Shown: positions 26,695-36,484 of the stretch, in pieces | Numbering within the stretch: position 1 is the first letter of the stretch | Layout of the letters: each line of letters begins with the position of its first letter | Position numbers and translations under genes: made by a program | Notes under the pieces: generated by a model | What the model was told of the DNA's origin: nothing | The model's input: the letters and a program-made list of their open reading frames with translations, nothing else | Database searches by the model: none | DNA from: Verrucomicrobiia bacterium | GTDB lineage: Bacteria; Verrucomicrobiota; Verrucomicrobiia; Limisphaerales; JADJPG01 | DNA: 64,000 nt | Assembly: GCA_035577805.1 (NCBI GenBank) | Contig: DATLUX010000650.1 | Span: forward strand, 16,943 to 80,942 | Direction of reading: 5' to 3'

Positions 26695-26958
26695 ATGACC
26701 AGTCTGCTTGGCGCTCATGGTAGCTACTACGGCGCGGTCCAACTGACCGAGGATACCCCGGCCAACGGCCCCGGAACCGCCATCCAAATCGTCGCGTCGG
26801 TCGCCGGCACCGTCACATTGGTTCTGATGGACGGCAGTTCGATTGTGGTCTCGGTCCCGGCCGGAACGTCGATCTGGCCTTATCAGGTGACTAAGGCGAC
26901 CAAGGGTGGAGCGACGATCACCAGCTATTACAACCTGGTCGGCACGGGAACCGCCTGA
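26695..26958 (+). CDS. Small virion protein (spike-base-like)
   Basis: AGTVTLV..DG....V.VPAGT..WP.QVTK pattern resembling head-spike base proteins. Confidence 0.5.
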   Translation: MTSLLGAHGSYYGAVQLTEDTPANGPGTAIQIVASVAGTVTLVLMDGSSIVVSVPAGTSIWPYQVTKATKGGATITSYYNLVGTGTA

Positions 26959-27908
26959 TGTCCGGTTCGATGTATCTGTCACCGGCGCCGGTGCAGCAGT
27001 TTTGGGATGACGACGCGAACTTTCTCGTCGGCGGCCTACTGTTCACCTATGAGGCATCGACCACCACGAAGCAAAACGCCTTCACTGATTCCACCGGCGA
27101 TACCGCTCTCCCGAATCCAATCGTCCTGAACGCTCGCGGCGAAGTCGCGCCATCGGCCACGGGAACGTCATGTGGTTTGTGGCTGGATCCGACCCTCGAA
27201 TACAAGTTCGTCCTCGCGCCGGCTGACGACACCGACCCTCCCACCAATCCGATATGGACGGTCGACAACATTCTATCGCCTCAGGCCGCGATCCTGGCAT
27301 CCTTGGACCAATACAAGGCCACGCTCGGGGGTGTCCAAATCGGATCGATCCTGCCCTATGGCGGGACCACGGCTCCATCGGGATGGCTGCTTTGTTATGG
27401 TCAGGCCGTAAGCAGAACCACGTACGCGACCCTGTTCGCCACGATCGGCACGGCATTTGGTGCCGGCGACACGACCACGACGTTCAATCTGCCGGATCTG
27501 CGCGGACGTGTTCCGCTCGGCAAGGACAACATGGGCGGATCGGCCGCGAACCGGGTGACGAATGCGGTCTCCGGTGTGACCGCGACCACGCTTGGTGCCG
27601 TTGGTGGTGATCAGCACGCCCAGGCCGACACTATAACGGCGTCCAGTACTGCGGTGACGACGCTGACGGATCCTGGGCATCCACATGCCTTTTCCTTGCA
27701 GAACAATGGCGGCGGCCCGGCTGACGGACAGGCCACGAGCATCTCAGGGGGTGACATCGCCGACGGCACTACGAGGAACGCCTACACCAATATTGCGGCA
27801 TCTACCTCGGTCACGACCACGGCGACCTCGGCTCTGACAGGCACGTCGCAGAATATCCCACCGGTCCAGGTGACCAACTGGATCATATTCACGGCTGTCG
27901 CGTCGTGA
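26958..27908 (+). CDS. Tail fibre protein with phage tail-collar domain
   Basis: G.L.TYEA.TTT...NPIVLNARGE head-binding-like N-terminus; GSILPYGG..APSGWLLC.GQAVSRTTYA.LFA.IGT...FNLPDLRGR collar motif. Confidence 0.85.
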   Translation: MSGSMYLSPAPVQQFWDDDANFLVGGLLFTYEASTTTKQNAFTDSTGDTALPNPIVLNARGEVAPSATGTSCGLWLDPTLEYKFVLAPADDTDPPTNPIWTVDNILSPQAAILASLDQYKATLGGVQIGSILPYGGTTAPSGWLLCYGQAVSRTTYATLFATIGTAFGAGDTTTTFNLPDLRGRVPLGKDNMGGSAANRVTNAVSGVTATTLGAVGGDQHAQADTITASSTAVTTLTDPGHPHAFSLQNNGGGPADGQATSISGGDIADGTTRNAYTNIAASTSVTTTATSALTGTSQNIPPVQVTNWIIFTAVAS

Positions 27909-30900
27909 CGATCAACCCGAGTTCGACCCAGCCACCGCTGTTCGGCCAGGATGGACTGGTCGCGCTCGGTGTGACGCAGCAGACCGGGACTCCGCTCGTC
28001 CCGGTGGGTAACATCTTCCGTCTGGTCGTGCCGGGTGGAGCCGCGACGCTCCCCGGCCCGGATCAGAATTCCATCACCGTCTACAACGAGGATTCGGCCA
28101 ACGATCTGACCGTCTACCCGTTGTATGGCGATCGCATCGGCACGCTGGCGCTCAATGAAGGTGTGTTGGTTCCACACGGCGGAAGCCTGACCTTCACCAG
28201 TTTTGATACGCCATTGAAATACCCGCCGCGCAAATGGGTGATCAGTAATCAAGGCGCGAAAGGCGACGTCGGTCCGATTGGTCCATCCGGCGGCGTCGAA
28301 CTGGTAGCTACTTCCGGAGCGGGTATTTCGGGTGGCCCGATCACCGACAAGGGCACGCTAACAGTCCAGTGGAACGGCGGCGCGGTTTCAACCTTTGGGG
28401 CCGGTCTTTCACTGTCGTTGGGCACTCTTAGCCCTCAATGGCAGGCTGGATCGGCAACCAAGATCGGGGCTGGCCTAACGCTTCTGGCCGGAACGCTGGC
28501 CACTGTGACGTCAAATCTCGCGGCGAGCAGCCTGTTCGGGAATGCCGGTACGGTAGTCGGGCCCGGTGGGGCAATTGCCGTGGGAGCAGGTCTGAGCCTG
28601 TCTCCTGCTGGCACATTGAGTTCGCTCGGTGGTGGTGACGTCTTCTTGTCTGGCGGCCCGACCGTCGGACAGGCCGCGGAATGGGTCAATGCTGATTCCA
28701 TCAAAGGCGTCGATGTCACCGGGACCGGCAACTACCTGAAGGCGAGTTCGATCGCGAGCCTCGTCACGGGCCCATCTTCGGCGGTAGATGGCCATGTAGC
28801 GCTATTTGATGGCACGACAGGGAAGCTGATCAAGGACGGTGGGACGCTGACGGGCGGCTCGGTCACGAAGGTCTCCGTCGTCTCAGCCAATGGCTTCGCG
28901 GGCAGCGTGGCGACGGATACGACGACGCCCGCGATCACGCTGACGACCACCGTCACGGGCATACTGTCAGGCGATGGAACAGCGATCAGCGCGGCGAGTA
29001 CGACGGGTACCGGTGCGGTCGTGCTGGCTTCAGCCATTGCGGGCCTGGGAACGGGCACGGTCACCAATCTCGCGACTGGAGCGCTGCTCACGGGTGGTCC
29101 GGTAACGACCACTGGAACGATCTCCGTTGCCGCTATCGCCGCGTCAAGCATCATCGCCAACGCGACGACCGCGAGCGCTGTGCCTACCGCGATCCCGATT
29201 GGGTCTGGGTTAGCGTTTTCAGGTGGCAGTCTGGTCGCGACGGGAAGCGGCGGCACGGTAACGAAGGTCAGCACGGCCAACGGTGTCACTGGCGGCGACA
29301 TCACGACAACTGGCACGGTGTCGCTGTCCACACGCACCGCATCAACGCTGATGGGGAACCCGGGAACAGCCGCGGCAGTGCCTTCTGATATCGCCATTGG
29401 CGCTAATCTCACCCTCTCGACGGCTGGGACTCTGTCGGCCAGCGCTCCGGGGACGGGGTCCGTTACAAGTATTACGGTCTCTAGTCCAAGCAGCACGCTT
29501 TCGCTGGGCGGCACCAATCCGATCACCACGACAGGGACGATTACTGTCGATCTGAACACCGGACATGCCAATTCGTGGACCGCGACGCAAACCTTCAATG
29601 GTACGGCGACGGTTTCTGGTCTGCCCAATCCGTCCGGCAACACAGACGCGGCCAATAAAGCTTATGTTGATAGCGTCGCCGCCGCGCTCAATCCGGCCGT
29701 GGCAGTTCAGGCAGCGACCACGTCCGCGGGAGATACCAGCGGGTTCACATACAACAACGGCGCTTCCGGCATAGGTGCGTTTTTCACCGGATCGGTGAAT
29801 ACCGCCGTGACGATCGACGGCTATACCTTCACTGCCGTTGGGCAACGGCTGCTGGTTAAGAATGACACTCAGAGTCCGTCAGGTGCATTCAACGGTGTCT
29901 ACTACGTCACCCAAATTCAGACCGGGATTCTCCCACCAATCTTCACTCGCGCGCTGGATTACGACCAGCCATCGGATATCAATAATACGGGAGCGATCCC
30001 CGTCGTTAATGGCACGGCTAATGGCAGCACGACATGGGTGATCACGTCTCAGGTTACGACGGTAGGAACGGACCCCCTAACCTACACTCAGTTTTCGCTC
30101 AATCCCTCCACGGTCGTTGTTGGTCCGGCCAGTGCAACTGACGGACATCTCGCGGTATTCGATGGAACCACGGGGAAACTTATCAAGGATGGCGGTGCGG
30201 TGCCCGCCGGGTCCGTCACTTCCGTTGTTGCCGGGAGCGGTCTCGCCGGGGGAACAATCACCAATTCAGGAACGATCTCGCTTGCTACGCAAGCGGCGAC
30301 GACATTGCTTGGGAATGCGTCTACTGCGACGGCGGTACCAACAGCGATTGCCATCGGGTCTAATTTAACCCTCTCCACAGCGGGCACATTGTCAGCATCT
30401 GCCGGAACTGGCGGCGTCATCGCCAGTGGTTCGATCATCGCTGCCGGGACAACGGCTGTGTCGGTCCCCGGCACCGCGACGTGGTTCCATTTCACTGCTT
30501 ATGGAGGAGGTGGAGGCGGTGGTGGTGGGGCCGGAACAGCAGCGGGCACCCTGCGGCAGGGCGGCACTGGTGGTGGCGGCGGCGCACGCAAAGAGGATAC
30601 ATGGCTCGTCGCCAATCTGGGAACGGTCGTAACGATTATCGCCGGAACCGGAGGTGGCAAGGGCACCGGAGGCAGCAGCGCGGTCGGCAATTCTGGAACC
30701 AGCGGCACTGCTTCCATAATCAATAACATCACGGTCGCTGGCGGCGGCGGCTTTGGCCATGGCGGCGGTACGACGGCCGTCACATGGGCTGGCGGTGGGG
30801 GTGGTGGCGCGGGCGGCGTAGGAGCGAACGGTTCGGGTGCGAGTAGCAGCGGCACGTCGGCGGCCGGCGGCGGCCCTGTCACCGCTGCATTCGCGAATAA

Positions 30901-31372
30901 TGCGGTCGTGGGGGGCGCGGGCGGTAACGGCATTCAAGGCGCCGCCGGGCAGATCGCGGAATACGGCGGTGGCGGCGGTGGCGGCGAGGGCACGACGGGT
31001 GCCGCGGCGGTAGGCGGCGGCAGCATGTGGGGTGCTGGTGGTGGCGGTGCTGGCGGCGGAGTCACGGCGGCGTCTCCTGGCACATCGGCGGCGGGCAGTA
31101 AGGGTTCAACCGTCAATGCCGCAACGTCGGGCGGCGGGGCAACAGGCGGCGGCGCGGACGGTAACGCGGGCATCGGCACGGCCACGGCTGGCGATACTCG
31201 CTACGGCGGTGCGGGTGGCCCTGGCGGCGGTGGCAATAATGCCGCGACAGGAGGGAATGCGAACGCCGGAGCGACACCAGGAGGCGGCGGCGGGGGTGGT
31301 GGAGGAGGCACGTCAGTGGGCGGCGACGGTGCCGCGGGTGCCGACGGTGGCGTGTGGTGGTTTTTTATCTGA
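27905..31372 (+). CDS. Long Gly/Thr-rich tail fibre protein
   Basis: GTVT repeats, DAANKAYVD motif, duplicated FDGTTGKLIKDGG blocks, glycine-rich C-terminal domain. Confidence 0.8.
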   Translation: MTINPSSTQPPLFGQDGLVALGVTQQTGTPLVPVGNIFRLVVPGGAATLPGPDQNSITVYNEDSANDLTVYPLYGDRIGTLALNEGVLVPHGGSLTFTSFDTPLKYPPRKWVISNQGAKGDVGPIGPSGGVELVATSGAGISGGPITDKGTLTVQWNGGAVSTFGAGLSLSLGTLSPQWQAGSATKIGAGLTLLAGTLATVTSNLAASSLFGNAGTVVGPGGAIAVGAGLSLSPAGTLSSLGGGDVFLSGGPTVGQAAEWVNADSIKGVDVTGTGNYLKASSIASLVTGPSSAVDGHVALFDGTTGKLIKDGGTLTGGSVTKVSVVSANGFAGSVATDTTTPAITLTTTVTGILSGDGTAISAASTTGTGAVVLASAIAGLGTGTVTNLATGALLTGGPVTTTGTISVAAIAASSIIANATTASAVPTAIPIGSGLAFSGGSLVATGSGGTVTKVSTANGVTGGDITTTGTVSLSTRTASTLMGNPGTAAAVPSDIAIGANLTLSTAGTLSASAPGTGSVTSITVSSPSSTLSLGGTNPITTTGTITVDLNTGHANSWTATQTFNGTATVSGLPNPSGNTDAANKAYVDSVAAALNPAVAVQAATTSAGDTSGFTYNNGASGIGAFFTGSVNTAVTIDGYTFTAVGQRLLVKNDTQSPSGAFNGVYYVTQIQTGILPPIFTRALDYDQPSDINNTGAIPVVNGTANGSTTWVITSQVTTVGTDPLTYTQFSLNPSTVVVGPASATDGHLAVFDGTTGKLIKDGGAVPAGSVTSVVAGSGLAGGTITNSGTISLATQAATTLLGNASTATAVPTAIAIGSNLTLSTAGTLSASAGTGGVIASGSIIAAGTTAVSVPGTATWFHFTAYGGGGGGGGGAGTAAGTLRQGGTGGGGGARKEDTWLVANLGTVVTIIAGTGGGKGTGGSSAVGNSGTSGTASIINNITVAGGGGFGHGGGTTAVTWAGGGGGGAGGVGANGSGASSSGTSAAGGGPVTAAFANNAVVGGAGGNGIQGAAGQIAEYGGGGGGGEGTTGAAAVGGGSMWGAGGGGAGGGVTAASPGTSAAGSKGSTVNAATSGGGATGGGADGNAGIGTATAGDTRYGGAGGPGGGGNNAATGGNANAGATPGGGGGGGGGGTSVGGDGAAGADGGVWWFFI

Positions 31373-31564
31373 TGGCCTTCAGCCAATGCAATCCAACATA
31401 CAGGCCGCTCGCGAGCCCAACAGCCACGTTCAGCGCGGCGAGTGCGTATTGCGTGAGGGTTTCCATGGACGGACTCTGGAAAGGTCGTCTGGAAAAATCA
31501 ACACTAAAGAATAGGAAAGGGCACCATTCATGACGACCGTCCCGATCAAAACGCCGAGGTCACA

Positions 31565-31774
31565 ATGGTCCGGTCAGATTTGCGACGCACTCTTGTTGAC
31601 CGAAAATACGGAGACGCAGAGCCTATTGATCCGGCAGTGGCGACGGCGGCGTTGGGAACGCCGTGTGTGCTGATGTCTGGCGACGCCACAGGGTTTCCAA
31701 TCAATCAAGGAACCGGTGGCGCGTTCACGCCGACGGGGACTTTAACCAACGCCTCAACCAGCCCATCCGACTGA
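31565..31774 (+). pseudogene. C-terminal remnant of a LamG-associated tail protein
   Basis: SGDATGFPINQGTGGAFT.TGTLTNASTSPSD resembles the segment near 6550-6665; no matching N-terminal part or convincing start. Confidence 0.45.
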
Positions 31775-31786
31775 CGAGGAACACCG

Positions 31787-32137
31787 ATGACGCCTGAAGT
31801 CGCTTATATCCTCGACCACGTCTGGGGCATCGCTGGGACCCTTTTGGGAGCCCTAATCATCAATCGGCAAAACAGAAACAAAAAGACGATCGTCATCGAG
31901 ATCACGAACGCTCTCCATAATGGCGCGGGAGAAGTCATTGCCAGGAAGACCGTGGAACAGATAAAGCCCGTCTTAATTGAGGCGGCGGCGGGCGTCGTGG
32001 AGCAGGTCGGGCAGCAACAAGAAATTGTTGCACGAGCGCTGGCGGAAAAGGGAAGCGAAGGGTGGGACGGCACGGATCGCAGGACCGGCGTCGCGGATCG
32101 GAGGACGGGGCCAGCGGACAGACGCGGGACGGAGTGA
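31787..32137 (+). CDS. Membrane protein, one TM segment, C-terminal DRR repeats
   Basis: GAGGA RBS; hydrophobic N-terminus; WDGTDRRTGVADRRTGPADRR. Confidence 0.6.
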   Translation: MTPEVAYILDHVWGIAGTLLGALIINRQNRNKKTIVIEITNALHNGAGEVIARKTVEQIKPVLIEAAAGVVEQVGQQQEIVARALAEKGSEGWDGTDRRTGVADRRTGPADRRGTE

Positions 32138-32515
32138 GTGGACCAGATCGCCGCCCTTCGCGTCGAAAACGAAACGCTGCGGGAGGAGAACCGCCAGCTA
32201 AAGGCGGCGCGGAACATTCAGTTGTCAGCGGTCGATGGCGTCTATCTCACGCTTCAGTTGCTCGTGATGTTAACCGCTATCATAAGATCGACGCGACCTT
32301 GTTCGCATGATTATCTTCGGTGCTGCATTGGACAGTTCTGTCCCGATTCGGACCCGTCGGACAAAGCGCTAATGGTAAGCATGTGGAGACTTCGACGAGC
32401 GTTGGAGCGTGCGGACCCACCGTTTGACGGGCCGACCGAGATCATGCACGAGGCGCTTGGTTACTACATGCGGCCTGAAGACAGGCGGCGAATCATCCGG
32501 AGGTTGATCACATGA
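32138..32515 (+). CDS. Winged-helix (OmpR C-terminal-like) protein
   Basis: Coiled-coil N-terminus; K.L.V.MWRLRR.L...I....LGYY. Confidence 0.55.
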   Translation: MDQIAALRVENETLREENRQLKAARNIQLSAVDGVYLTLQLLVMLTAIIRSTRPCSHDYLRCCIGQFCPDSDPSDKALMVSMWRLRRALERADPPFDGPTEIMHEALGYYMRPEDRRRIIRRLIT

Positions 32516-32724
32516 AAATGCACACCGTCGTTCACTATGTCGCCGATATCCCCGGCGCGACACCAGAGGAAATGAAGATGGCCGAGGCGCTGATGCGCGA
32601 TCCCGACTACGTCGAGGCGATCCGGGTGATGACCAATGGCATCGCCACGCTCATGGCGCGGAAGGCGGGATTCGCGCATCCGTTCGAGATTACGGGGACG
32701 ATCCATTCGGTGGACCACAAGTGA
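32512..32724 (+). CDS. Hypothetical protein
   Basis: GGAGG RBS; overlaps neighbours on both sides. Confidence 0.55.
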   Translation: MKMHTVVHYVADIPGATPEEMKMAEALMRDPDYVEAIRVMTNGIATLMARKAGFAHPFEITGTIHSVDHK

Positions 32725-33113
32725 GCTTTACCTACGTCCAACGGACCGGTTCTCTCTACGGCCCTGACGGCGCTCTGCTGGCGCGGGGATACTCGGGGCA
32801 TGGCCCAGGCCTCAACGCCCCGGGGATGCAGAACGTCCATGCCACGGGGCCGATTCCCGTTGGGCGTTACCTGATCCGTGATCCGCAAGACCCGGTTGGG
32901 CACCTCGGGCCGATCGCGATGCCGTTAGAACCCGAACTGGCGAATGAGATGCACGGGCGCAGCGGGTTCTACATCCATGGTGACAATGCGGCGGCGAACC
33001 ATACAGCGTCGGATGGGTGTCTGATTTTCCCGAGGGTGATCCGCCAGGACATCAGAGACAGCCCGGAGGATCAGTTGGTGGTCGTGGCAGAGGAAAAGGA
33101 TGTGAAGGGATGA
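32721..33113 (+). CDS. Tlde1/DUF2778-like L,D-transpeptidase-fold protein, probable endolysin
   Basis: GYSG, GPIPVG.Y, GRSGFYIHGD......SDGC (H...SxGC catalytic motif); upstream of holin-like gene. Confidence 0.8.
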   Translation: MSFTYVQRTGSLYGPDGALLARGYSGHGPGLNAPGMQNVHATGPIPVGRYLIRDPQDPVGHLGPIAMPLEPELANEMHGRSGFYIHGDNAAANHTASDGCLIFPRVIRQDIRDSPEDQLVVVAEEKDVKG

Positions 33114-33286
33114 GTGCCGGCGATCTGCCTCCTTGGATGCCAGGACAGTATCCGGCATTTCCAATGGCGCTCCCGGTACTACCCGTTGGCTGTATCTGCC
33201 CATCTGGCGCGAACAAAGAGTGCGAGAATCCGATGTGTCCGCGCAAGCCCGCTAAATCACCCGTTGCGATTGGATCCTCGAAATGA
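33110..33286 (+). CDS. Small Cys-rich protein
   Basis: ATGA overlaps; GCICP...CENPMCP. Confidence 0.5.
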   Translation: MSAGDLPPWMPGQYPAFPMALPVLPVGCICPSGANKECENPMCPRKPAKSPVAIGSSK

Positions 33287-33567
33287 GCGGCACCACTCCC
33301 ACCCCCGCGATCGTCGCGGCGAGCACCAATGACAGCCTCATCTCCCCTCAGTTCATCCTCGCCGGCGTGACCATGGCCATCGTCGCCGGCACGGTCGGTG
33401 CGGTCCTGCTCCACGGGGACGACGGCAATATTAAGCTCGTGCTCGGGTTTGTGTTTGGGCTCGGGAGCGGGGTTGGCGGTTTCTATTTCGGTTCAAGCAA
33501 ATCCAGTCAGGCGAAAGACGCGGTAATCGCCGCGCAGGCTACTCCAGCACAAGGAACCACACCATGA
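33283..33567 (+). CDS. Putative holin
   Basis: Two TM segments and FYFGSS.SSQ.KD motif. Confidence 0.7.
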   Translation: MSGTTPTPAIVAASTNDSLISPQFILAGVTMAIVAGTVGAVLLHGDDGNIKLVLGFVFGLGSGVGGFYFGSSKSSQAKDAVIAAQATPAQGTTP

Positions 33568-33884
33568 AGCCCGCCATCCTCATCGGAATTCTCGCGCTCG
33601 CCGGGTGCACGCTCGCTGGGTGCAGCGACACCACCAATGCGAAGATCGACCGTGCGATTGTTCAGGGGCAGCTATTTTGCGCCAGAGCTTCCGCAGCCGG
33701 TTCGCTCGTGGTCGCGCTCGCGGATGCAGCCGGCGCACCGATCAGCGTGACAGGACGCTCGGCAGCGTCCGTGGCAGCCGCTTGTGCCGCCGTCGGCGCA
33801 ATCCCCGTGTCGCCGCCGCCGAACCCATCTCAGGCGCCAGTGGTGGCGGCTCCAATCGCGGCAACGCCGGCACCGAAGAGTTAG
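33564..33884 (+). CDS. Lipoprotein, possible spanin
   Basis: Signal peptide with LAGC lipobox (twice), Pro-rich tail, last gene of lysis cassette. Confidence 0.55.
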   Translation: MKPAILIGILALAGCTLAGCSDTTNAKIDRAIVQGQLFCARASAAGSLVVALADAAGAPISVTGRSAASVAAACAAVGAIPVSPPPNPSQAPVVAAPIAATPAPKS

Positions 33885-33915
33885 GCTCCCTCGGACAACG
33901 CAGCGTCGGTGTCGG

Positions 33916-34062
33916 TCATGGACCGAACCCGCAGGTGATTTCTCCGGTCGTGACATCCCGGTAGGCGTGGGACAGGATGCACTCCTGGACGGGGGCGTTA
34001 GGCCGGGCCGGCGGCGTTGCACACGCGGACAGGGCGAGTAGCGCGAGGATGGCCAGTCTCAT
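33916..34062 (-). CDS. Small lipoprotein (48 aa, not in ORF track)
   Basis: MRLAILALLALSAC lipobox; ATGA overlap with ASCH gene; translated by hand. Confidence 0.55.
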   Translation of the reverse strand: MRLAILALLALSACATPPARPNAPVQECILSHAYRDVTTGEITCGFGP

Positions 34063-34451
34063 GGGGTTGGTGCTTCCTTGAAGTTGGTCCAGCGAATCAG
34101 AACGCCCGAGAAGACCGGGGTATCAGGGTGATTCTCGTGCCAGAACGCCCGCATGGCCTTCCAGTCGTCGAACCCGTCCATGCGGGCGAAGTTGTCCAGT
34201 TCGTCGATCGTGGTCAGCGTGCGCCCGGTCTGAGTGCCGATAACGGCGTTCTCGACCTCAATGCGGATCGGCTGCACCGTGAAACACGTCGCAGTCCCGA
34301 TCGCCTTGCACTGGCGCGTTCGCATGCCGGTGTAGAGTTGCAGCGTCTCGCCCTCCCGAGCGTGCCGTTTTCGGTCTGCCCTGATGGTCTGCTGCTTTGT
34401 GCCAGCGATAATCGGGGCGCGAAACTGTGGACGAAACGAGTATGCAACCAC
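34059..34451 (-). CDS. ASCH/PUA-domain protein
   Basis: SF...F...I..GTKQQTIR, LYTGMRT..C, FAR.DGF. Confidence 0.75.
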   Translation of the reverse strand: MVAYSFRPQFRAPIIAGTKQQTIRADRKRHAREGETLQLYTGMRTRQCKAIGTATCFTVQPIRIEVENAVIGTQTGRTLTTIDELDNFARMDGFDDWKAMRAFWHENHPDTPVFSGVLIRWTNFKEAPTP

Positions 34452-34921
34452 TAGAATGGCACCTCGTCGTCGAGGTCGCCCCCGCTGTATTGCGGGTTGC
34501 CCCGGGCGTCGGTGCGGGTCGCCTGTCGCTGTTCGTAGCCATCGCCGGCGGATGCCCCGCCTTCGCGCTTCGGCGACCCCATGAGCTTCAGGACGCCGCG
34601 CATCTGGGTCAGCACGACCTCGGTGGTGTGTCGCTCTACACCTTCCCTATCTTGCCATTTGCGGGTGCGAAGCTCGCCCTCGACATAAATTGTCGAGCCC
34701 TTTTTGACGTACCGCTCGATGACGTTGACCAGCGCTTCATTGAACACGCACACGCGGATCCACTCAGTTTTTTCTTTCCGCTCCCCCGATGCACGGTCCT
34801 TCCACCGCTCGGATGTGGCGATTGTCATATTGGCGATCTTGCCGCCAGACTGCGTGTTATGGATTTCAGGATCGCGGCCCAAATTACCCTGAATGATGGC
34901 AAGATTAACTGAAGCGTCCAC
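34451..34921 (-). CDS. ssb: Single-stranded DNA-binding protein
   Basis: SVN..I.GNLGRDPE, ATSERWKD, KGS.IYVEG.LRTRKW, acidic tail DLDDEVPF. Confidence 0.95.
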   Translation of the reverse strand: MDASVNLAIIQGNLGRDPEIHNTQSGGKIANMTIATSERWKDRASGERKEKTEWIRVCVFNEALVNVIERYVKKGSTIYVEGELRTRKWQDREGVERHTTEVVLTQMRGVLKLMGSPKREGGASAGDGYEQRQATRTDARGNPQYSGGDLDDEVPF

Positions 34922-35630
34922 GGGCGTCTCTCTTTCTTAGTTTTACATTCTTTAGGGCATGAAGCCGCATATGTTCTCTGAGAGGGAGCAGCTTCAGATT
35001 ACTCGGGTCGTTATTGCTTTTGATTTCATCATCGTGGTGAACGTGCTCGCTACGCAGAAGTTGGCGTCCTTCACGTTTTTCAGCCAGAACTCGGTGAACC
35101 CCGCGACCTTTGTTCGGTCCTCTTGTGTATTCCACGTAACCGCTTGGCTTCAGGCTAACGCCGACGGCATTCTTCTCCCCCCACTCAATACGAGCGGCAC
35201 GTATATTCTCTTTGTGTTCGTCAGTCATTGTAAACCGCCGACCGCGCGTACGGGAGCCAAGATCTGGATAGTCTTGCATCCAGTCCGATACCTTCCGCAT
35301 CTGAACGCCAAATGCGATGAGATGTAATCGAATGGTGCTTCGTGGTATGTTGTACTTGCTTTCGAGAGACGCGAGGGAAATTTTGCTGTTGTAGTCTCGT
35401 GCAATCGCTTCGATGTTTGGGATTGGCCGCGTCATCATCTCCACCACCAGGCACCCACAAGAGCGTGTATCACCGCTCCTTAAGCTACCGGTGGTAGTGA
35501 TTGTTGTTCGTCCGCAGTCGCATCGACAGTTCCACATTGGACGCGTTCGGTTTCCTGATGGAACTTTTCCCGAGAGAGATTCGACAATCAGACGACCGAA
35601 CCATTGTCCCGTTAGATCGATGAACCGCAT
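34905..35630 (-). CDS. HNH homing endonuclease
   Basis: DLTGQ.FGRL, W.CRCDCG and SCGC N-terminus; HRVLAE...VHH.DE.KSNN..SNL; start reassigned to ATG 35630. Confidence 0.85.
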   Translation of the reverse strand: MRFIDLTGQWFGRLIVESLSGKVPSGNRTRPMWNCRCDCGRTTITTTGSLRSGDTRSCGCLVVEMMTRPIPNIEAIARDYNSKISLASLESKYNIPRSTIRLHLIAFGVQMRKVSDWMQDYPDLGSRTRGRRFTMTDEHKENIRAARIEWGEKNAVGVSLKPSGYVEYTRGPNKGRGVHRVLAEKREGRQLLRSEHVHHDDEIKSNNDPSNLKLLPLREHMRLHALKNVKLRKRDARGRFS

Positions 35631-35725
35631 TTCGGTTCTCCGTAATGAGAGAACGATATTAACAAATCCTGTCATTCTCGGATAGTCGAATCCGATCTCA
35701 ACGCTCAAGATATCGATCTTTCCTA

Positions 35726-36484
35726 TTAACCCAGGGCCCACATGCCGGAATCTGCTTCCAACATTCGCTGCCACTCGCTGTCCGACCGCGTTGAACCCGT
35801 CAGAACTTCCACGATGCCATCGCGTTTCATGATGTCGCAATATTCCTGAACCAACGCCTCAAAGCGGATCAGTGCCCTGTCGAGCGCTTCAATATCGTCT
35901 AGGTAATCCTCTCGGCGGTACGGGATGATCACTTCCTTCAGGTTCGGACTATAGCTTACGAAATCCCAACCATCGAATCCCGAAACCAGGATTGAGCCGA
36001 CAACCTGCCAGCGATAGTCAGCGCCGGGCCCTTCCACCATGTATTGGAGGTGCTGCGCGGCGGAAGGCACTTTGATTTCGACGCCCCATAGGCGGTCAGT
36101 GCTAATTCGATCTGGTGAGCACGCCCGAGTGCCGTCGTCCGATATGATGATACCGATCGCGTCGGTGGTTCTCCCACGCACCGTCTCGTAATGTTTGACG
36201 GCGTTTGGCTCCTCTTTCTTCCCTCTCTCGACCCAATATAGCCCGTCAATCGGTTTCTCGGTGTCCTCCTTCAGAAGGCGTTGAACCGCCACTTCGCGAG
36301 CATATTTTTCAGCCGATCCCGTGGTGCCTTTCGTGCGGCCTGTCTTCCATTGGCCGGTGGCCTCGCTGAGTATCCGATCAAAGCTGGATGCGGTTGCTCG
36401 CCCCATGCGTAGTTCGCGCCACTCTGGGCTCCCTTGGGCCAGTAGGTTCTCCGTCCCCTCGATGTGCGTGAGGAACTTCGGCAT
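35726..36484 (-). CDS. YqaJ/lambda-exonuclease-family recombination nuclease
   Basis: QGSPEW..LR.G..TAS, ERG..EEP.A, CSPD, EIKVP, Y.WQV. Confidence 0.9.
   Translation of the reverse strand: MPKFLTHIEGTENLLAQGSPEWRELRMGRATASSFDRILSEATGQWKTGRTKGTTGSAEKYAREVAVQRLLKEDTEKPIDGLYWVERGKKEEPNAVKHYETVRGRTTDAIGIIISDDGTRACSPDRISTDRLWGVEIKVPSAAQHLQYMVEGPGADYRWQVVGSILVSGFDGWDFVSYSPNLKEVIIPYRREDYLDDIEALDRALIRFEALVQEYCDIMKRDGIVEVLTGSTRSDSEWQRMLEADSGMWALG

Noticed and set aside
27905-31774. Diversity-generating retroelement target in tail fibres
   Set aside because: No reverse transcriptase and no TR/VR pair differing at adenines was seen
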